From a virus (lineage: Duplodnaviria > Caudoviricetes): a DNA stretch of 60,032 nt. Shown here piece after piece: positions 58,042-60,032 of the stretch (its first letter is position 1; every line of letters starts with the position of its first letter). Location of the stretch: positions 1-60,032 of the IMG/VR virus record IMGVR_UViG_3300024259_000033, one strand, 5' to 3'. The notes beneath the pieces are model-generated. The model was not told the origin of the DNA and did not search any database. It saw only the letters and a program-made list of their open reading frames with translations. Position numbers and translations under genes: made by a program.

Positions 58042-59751
58042 ATGACTAAATTAAGTGAACTTAAAACATTTGTTCAAGGACAAAGAGTTAATAGTAATGT
58101 TTTTGATTCATTAATTGATGGAGTAAGAGAAGAAGCATTAGAATCTGGTGTAGCAATAGATCCGACTTTTACAGGCAATAGACCAAATACAGGTGTTGCA
58201 TTTGGTAGTTCAGCTAATACACAAGCAGGCGTAGCTCCTGTGTTACAAGCAGAAAGCACAACAATAGCGACACAAGCAACGGCTGGAGGAATTTTGGTTG
58301 TTCGTGTAACATCAGCTTTATTAAGTGGTGGACAAAAGGACATTCCAATTACAGTAACAACAGGTGCTATTGGTGCAGTAGGAGCGGAAGTTCGTGCGGC
58401 ATTAGCATTAGATAATGATATTGATACACACTTTGTAGTAAGTGGTGCAGATGAAAATATTATATTAACTGCTAAAGTAGATGCAGCAGATGATGCTACA
58501 TTGGCATTTTCATTAATTACAGATGGTGACACAGGCGTAACAGTTGGTGCATCAGGTGATACAGTTGCAGGTGTTGCAGCAGTATTACAAATTGAAACAG
58601 CTACGGTTGGTGTTGCAGCAGCAGCGCCAGGAACTTTACAAGTTAGAATAACATCAGCATTATTAGATGGTGGCTATAAAGACGTTCCTATAGCAGTAGC
58701 TACGTCAAATCAAAGTGCAGTAGCATTATATATTCGTGATGAATTAGCCGATGATGTTGATATCGATACACATTTCACAGTAAGTGGTAGTACAGCTAAT
58801 ATTATATTAACTGCTAAAGTAGCAGCAGCAGATGATGCTACACTTGCAATAGCTATTCAAGATGCAGACGGTACTAGTGTAGCATTAAGTGGTGCTTCTG
58901 CCAATACAGCAGCTGGTGTAGCTCCTGTATTACAAGTTGAAACTATTGAAGTTTTAACTGCTGATGGTTATGCTGGAACATTAGGAATGACAATAACATC
59001 TGCACTATTAGGTGGTGGTAATAATGCTATTACAGTTGACTTACTTACTACAGATAATACTGTCGATTTAGTTGCTACAAAAATTCGTGCTGCTTTAGCA
59101 GATGGCGAAATTGAGACTCATTATACTATTGGTGGTAGTGCAGCAGAAATTACATTAACAGCAATAGTTGCAGCAGCAAATGATGCAACATTAGACATAG
59201 CATTAGATACTGTTGGTGCTTCTGGTGTAACATTAGGTGCATCTGTAGATGCAGTTAGTAATGTAACAGGAGTTGTACAAATTGAAACTATTGAAGTAAC
59301 AACTGGAGCTAGTGTATCTGAAGAATTATCATTTAAAGTAACATCAGCTTTATTAACTGGTGGTTCACAACAAGTCGATTTAGAAGTATTAGAAGATGAT
59401 ACAGTTAGTCAAGTCGCAGCAAAGATTCGTGCAGCATTACCTTTAAATTCGGAAATTAATGCAGGATTTACTATTGGTGGAAGTGGAGCATTTGTTATAC
59501 TAACTGCAAAAGCATCTGCAGCAAATGATGCAACTTTAGCTATGGCTATTGTAACTGGTGAAACGGCAACTGATGCTTTAATATTATTTACAGATAGTGA
59601 TGGCAATATTACAAGCACTACTGTCAGCGTATTAAAAATTATTAGTTTAGAAATTGGAACATATGATATTACTACTGATCAAGCAACATTAACTCCAGAC
59701 ACATTAGAAGTAACAGGAAATGCAATTTTAGAATTAGGAATAGCATTTTAA
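58042..59751 (+). CDS. Ala/Thr/Val-rich repeat protein (four ~110-aa beta-rich repeats), likely virion or surface structural protein
   Basis: Repeats of VLQxET...VTSALLxGG...IRAAL...FTVxGSxAxIILTAKxAAAxDATLA. Confidence 0.65.
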   Translation: MTKLSELKTFVQGQRVNSNVFDSLIDGVREEALESGVAIDPTFTGNRPNTGVAFGSSANTQAGVAPVLQAESTTIATQATAGGILVVRVTSALLSGGQKDIPITVTTGAIGAVGAEVRAALALDNDIDTHFVVSGADENIILTAKVDAADDATLAFSLITDGDTGVTVGASGDTVAGVAAVLQIETATVGVAAAAPGTLQVRITSALLDGGYKDVPIAVATSNQSAVALYIRDELADDVDIDTHFTVSGSTANIILTAKVAAADDATLAIAIQDADGTSVALSGASANTAAGVAPVLQVETIEVLTADGYAGTLGMTITSALLGGGNNAITVDLLTTDNTVDLVATKIRAALADGEIETHYTIGGSAAEITLTAIVAAANDATLDIALDTVGASGVTLGASVDAVSNVTGVVQIETIEVTTGASVSEELSFKVTSALLTGGSQQVDLEVLEDDTVSQVAAKIRAALPLNSEINAGFTIGGSGAFVILTAKASAANDATLAMAIVTGETATDALILFTDSDGNITSTTVSVLKIISLEIGTYDITTDQATLTPDTLEVTGNAILELGIAF

Positions 59752-59782
59752 ATAAATTATAAAAAGGAAATAGGAGAAAATA

Positions 59783-60032
59783 ATGACATTAGTAAATACT
59801 GATTTTATTACAGGAAAGGAAATTGAAACATTAGGAATTGTAAAAGGTTCTATGATTCAATCAAAGCATTTAGGACGTGACATAATGAGTGCTTTTAAAA
59901 CAATTGTAGGAGGAGAACTTACTTCTTACTCAGAAATGTTAAATGAAGCAAGAGCGATTGCAACTAAACGTATGATTGAAGATGCTAAAGAACTTTATGC
60001 TGATGCTATCATTAACGTACGATATGCAACAA
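59783..60032 (+). CDS. YbjQ/UPF0145 family protein (partial)
   Basis: MTLVNTDFITGKEIETLGIVKG...GRDIMSAFKTIVGGELTSYSEMLNEAR..A..RM..A....ADAIINVRY. Confidence 0.9.
   Translation, partial: MTLVNTDFITGKEIETLGIVKGSMIQSKHLGRDIMSAFKTIVGGELTSYSEMLNEARAIATKRMIEDAKELYADAIINVRYAT

Noticed and set aside
55777-59618. Minus-strand ORFs 55777-56166, 58074-58532, 59409-59618
   Set aside because: Antisense shadows of plus-strand genes.
1-60032. Stop-codon reassignment (alternative genetic code)
   Set aside because: Long genes are intact in code 11, TAG/TGA/TAA all end genes, and no credible suppressor tRNA was found.

Overview
A 60-kb segment of a large, AT-rich (low-GC) tailed phage of siphovirus-type architecture. 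The host is most likely a Bacillota/Clostridia bacterium, judging from the AGGAGG RBSs and near-consensus sigma-A TTGACA/T-N17-TATAAT promoters. 1-32.2 kb (minus strand) is one virion morphogenesis operon: terminase, portal, protease/scaffold, capsid, neck, two tail-tube-like genes, 2400-aa tape measure, Dit, a 1953-aa baseplate/fibre protein and a further tail protein cut by the window edge. 32.7-37.8 kb is an early-type region of single-gene cassettes (terminator, 19-bp palindrome TTAGACGT-N3-ACGTCTAA, strong promoter, RBS, ORF) with four paralogues of one ~105-aa family. 37.8-39.9 kb holds minus-strand structured non-coding RNA candidates, a decayed tRNA, four tiny membrane peptides and a candidate replication origin. 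40-54 kb is accessory genes (phosphoesterase, ClpP-like, HTH, kinase-like, glucosaminidase, alkaline phosphatase, RNA ligase) interleaved with a tRNA array. The window holds 16 full-length plus-strand tRNAs in total. The most striking feature is at 54.3-57.9 kb. Right after the RNA ligase gene is a promoter-driven ~890-nt GOLLD-like RNA containing a circularly permuted, CCA-bearing tRNA domain. It is followed by a ~500-nt ROOL-like RNA and further unassigned structured RNAs between tRNAs. All family calls come from motif recognition by eye; no searches were run.
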